34,158 bases of DNA from Ilumatobacteraceae bacterium (GTDB lineage Bacteria; Actinomycetota; Acidimicrobiia; Acidimicrobiales; Ilumatobacteraceae): assembly GCA_031427935.1 (NCBI GenBank), contig JANPOJ010000664.1, forward strand, positions 1 through 34,158, written 5' to 3'. This document shows positions 33,847 to 34,158 of this stretch, in pieces. The notes under the pieces were generated by a model that was given only the letters and a program-made list of their open reading frames with translations, had not been told where the DNA came from and made no database searches. Numbering within the stretch: position 1 is the first letter of the stretch; the number at the start of each line of letters is the position of its first letter. Both the position numbers and the translations under genes were made by a program.

Positions 33847-34034
33847 CTGACTGGTGGCGAGCCCTCGAGGAAGAACTCGAGCGCCGCGGCGTCGACGCCC
33901 CCGACCCCTGGGCGTCGGTGGGTGTTTCGTCGGAACATTCCGTGCTCACGCCAGATCAGCGCGCCTTTCTCGAGCAGGTCACGAGTACGCCGGTACACGG
34001 ACTCGAAGCCGAGTTCGATGACGACTCAACCTGA
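33843..34034 (+). CDS. 63-aa acidic hypothetical protein, translationally coupled to the LAL regulator
   Basis: ATG 33843 overlaps the regulator's TGA (ATGA). Sequence: MTDWWRALEEELERRGVDAPDPW...EAEFDDDST. Third-position GC is moderately high. I recognise no family. Confidence 0.45.
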   Translation: MTDWWRALEEELERRGVDAPDPWASVGVSSEHSVLTPDQRAFLEQVTSTPVHGLEAEFDDDST

Positions 34035-34079
34035 TTCAGGGTATCCACCCGGTTCACAGACCCAGGGCGATGACCTACC

Positions 34080-34158
34080 GTGCAGGGAGTGAGCAGCATC
34101 GGCGTTCGCCCTCGACTGGGAGTCGACTTCGGCACAATGGTGACCGTCGCCGTCCAGG
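34080..34158 (+). CDS. possible Hsp70/actin-fold ATPase N-terminus (3' cut by window edge)
   Basis: The GTG 34080 frame reads VQGVSSIGVRPRLGVDFGTMVTVAVQ. LGVDFGT resembles the Hsp70 phosphate-1 motif (GIDLGTT), and codon third positions are GC-rich. Only 26 codons are visible. Confidence 0.3.
   Translation, partial: MQGVSSIGVRPRLGVDFGTMVTVAVQ

Overview
This is a high-GC, Actinomycetota-like chromosomal segment, with GC-rich third codon positions, frequent GTG starts and many 4-nt start/stop overlaps. I can support about 36 protein-coding genes on both strands. I recognised no rRNA, tRNA, CRISPR array, transposase or integrase.

Most of the content looks like ordinary housekeeping or metabolism:
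- GH38 alpha-mannosidase (5' partial), M20 amidohydrolase, NUDIX hydrolase.
- A four-gene coupled operon: DUF77/YkoF-like, HTH, GrpB, HAD.
- coaA, a MATE exporter, methionine aminopeptidase, an ABC-F ATPase, a sulfatase.
- An ArsR-SRPBCC pair and a second SRPBCC gene.
- An amidohydrolase plus amidase pair, an MDR oxidoreductase, a YghZ-like aldo/keto reductase, and a 1049-aa BNR/Asp-box propeller protein.

Things that stand out:
1. A secreted S8 subtilase whose C-terminus consists of three near-identical 369-bp (123-aa) tandem modules. I cannot assign these to a named domain family.
2. A LAL-type (AAA+/LuxR) regulator translationally coupled to a 63-aa acidic ORF, followed by an Hsp70-like gene start at the window edge.
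3. An unannotated 36-aa Lys-rich micro-ORF with a strong SD, placed 3 nt upstream of a stand-alone NuoF-like flavoprotein.
4. A frameshifted stand-alone LuxR/GerE-type HTH whose ATG overlaps the amidase stop.
5. A solitary N6-adenine DNA methyltransferase with no nuclease partner.
6. A 585-bp compositionally atypical gap (6166-6751) with an RHH-like ORF, an in-frame 21-bp duplication and several strong hairpins.
7. An orphan monocistronic WXG100 gene.
8. Three divergent gene pairs separated by fewer than 25 bp, which suggests leaderless transcription.

I see no compelling, complete novel multi-gene system in this window. The candidates above are leads that need database and structure searches, which I cannot run here.
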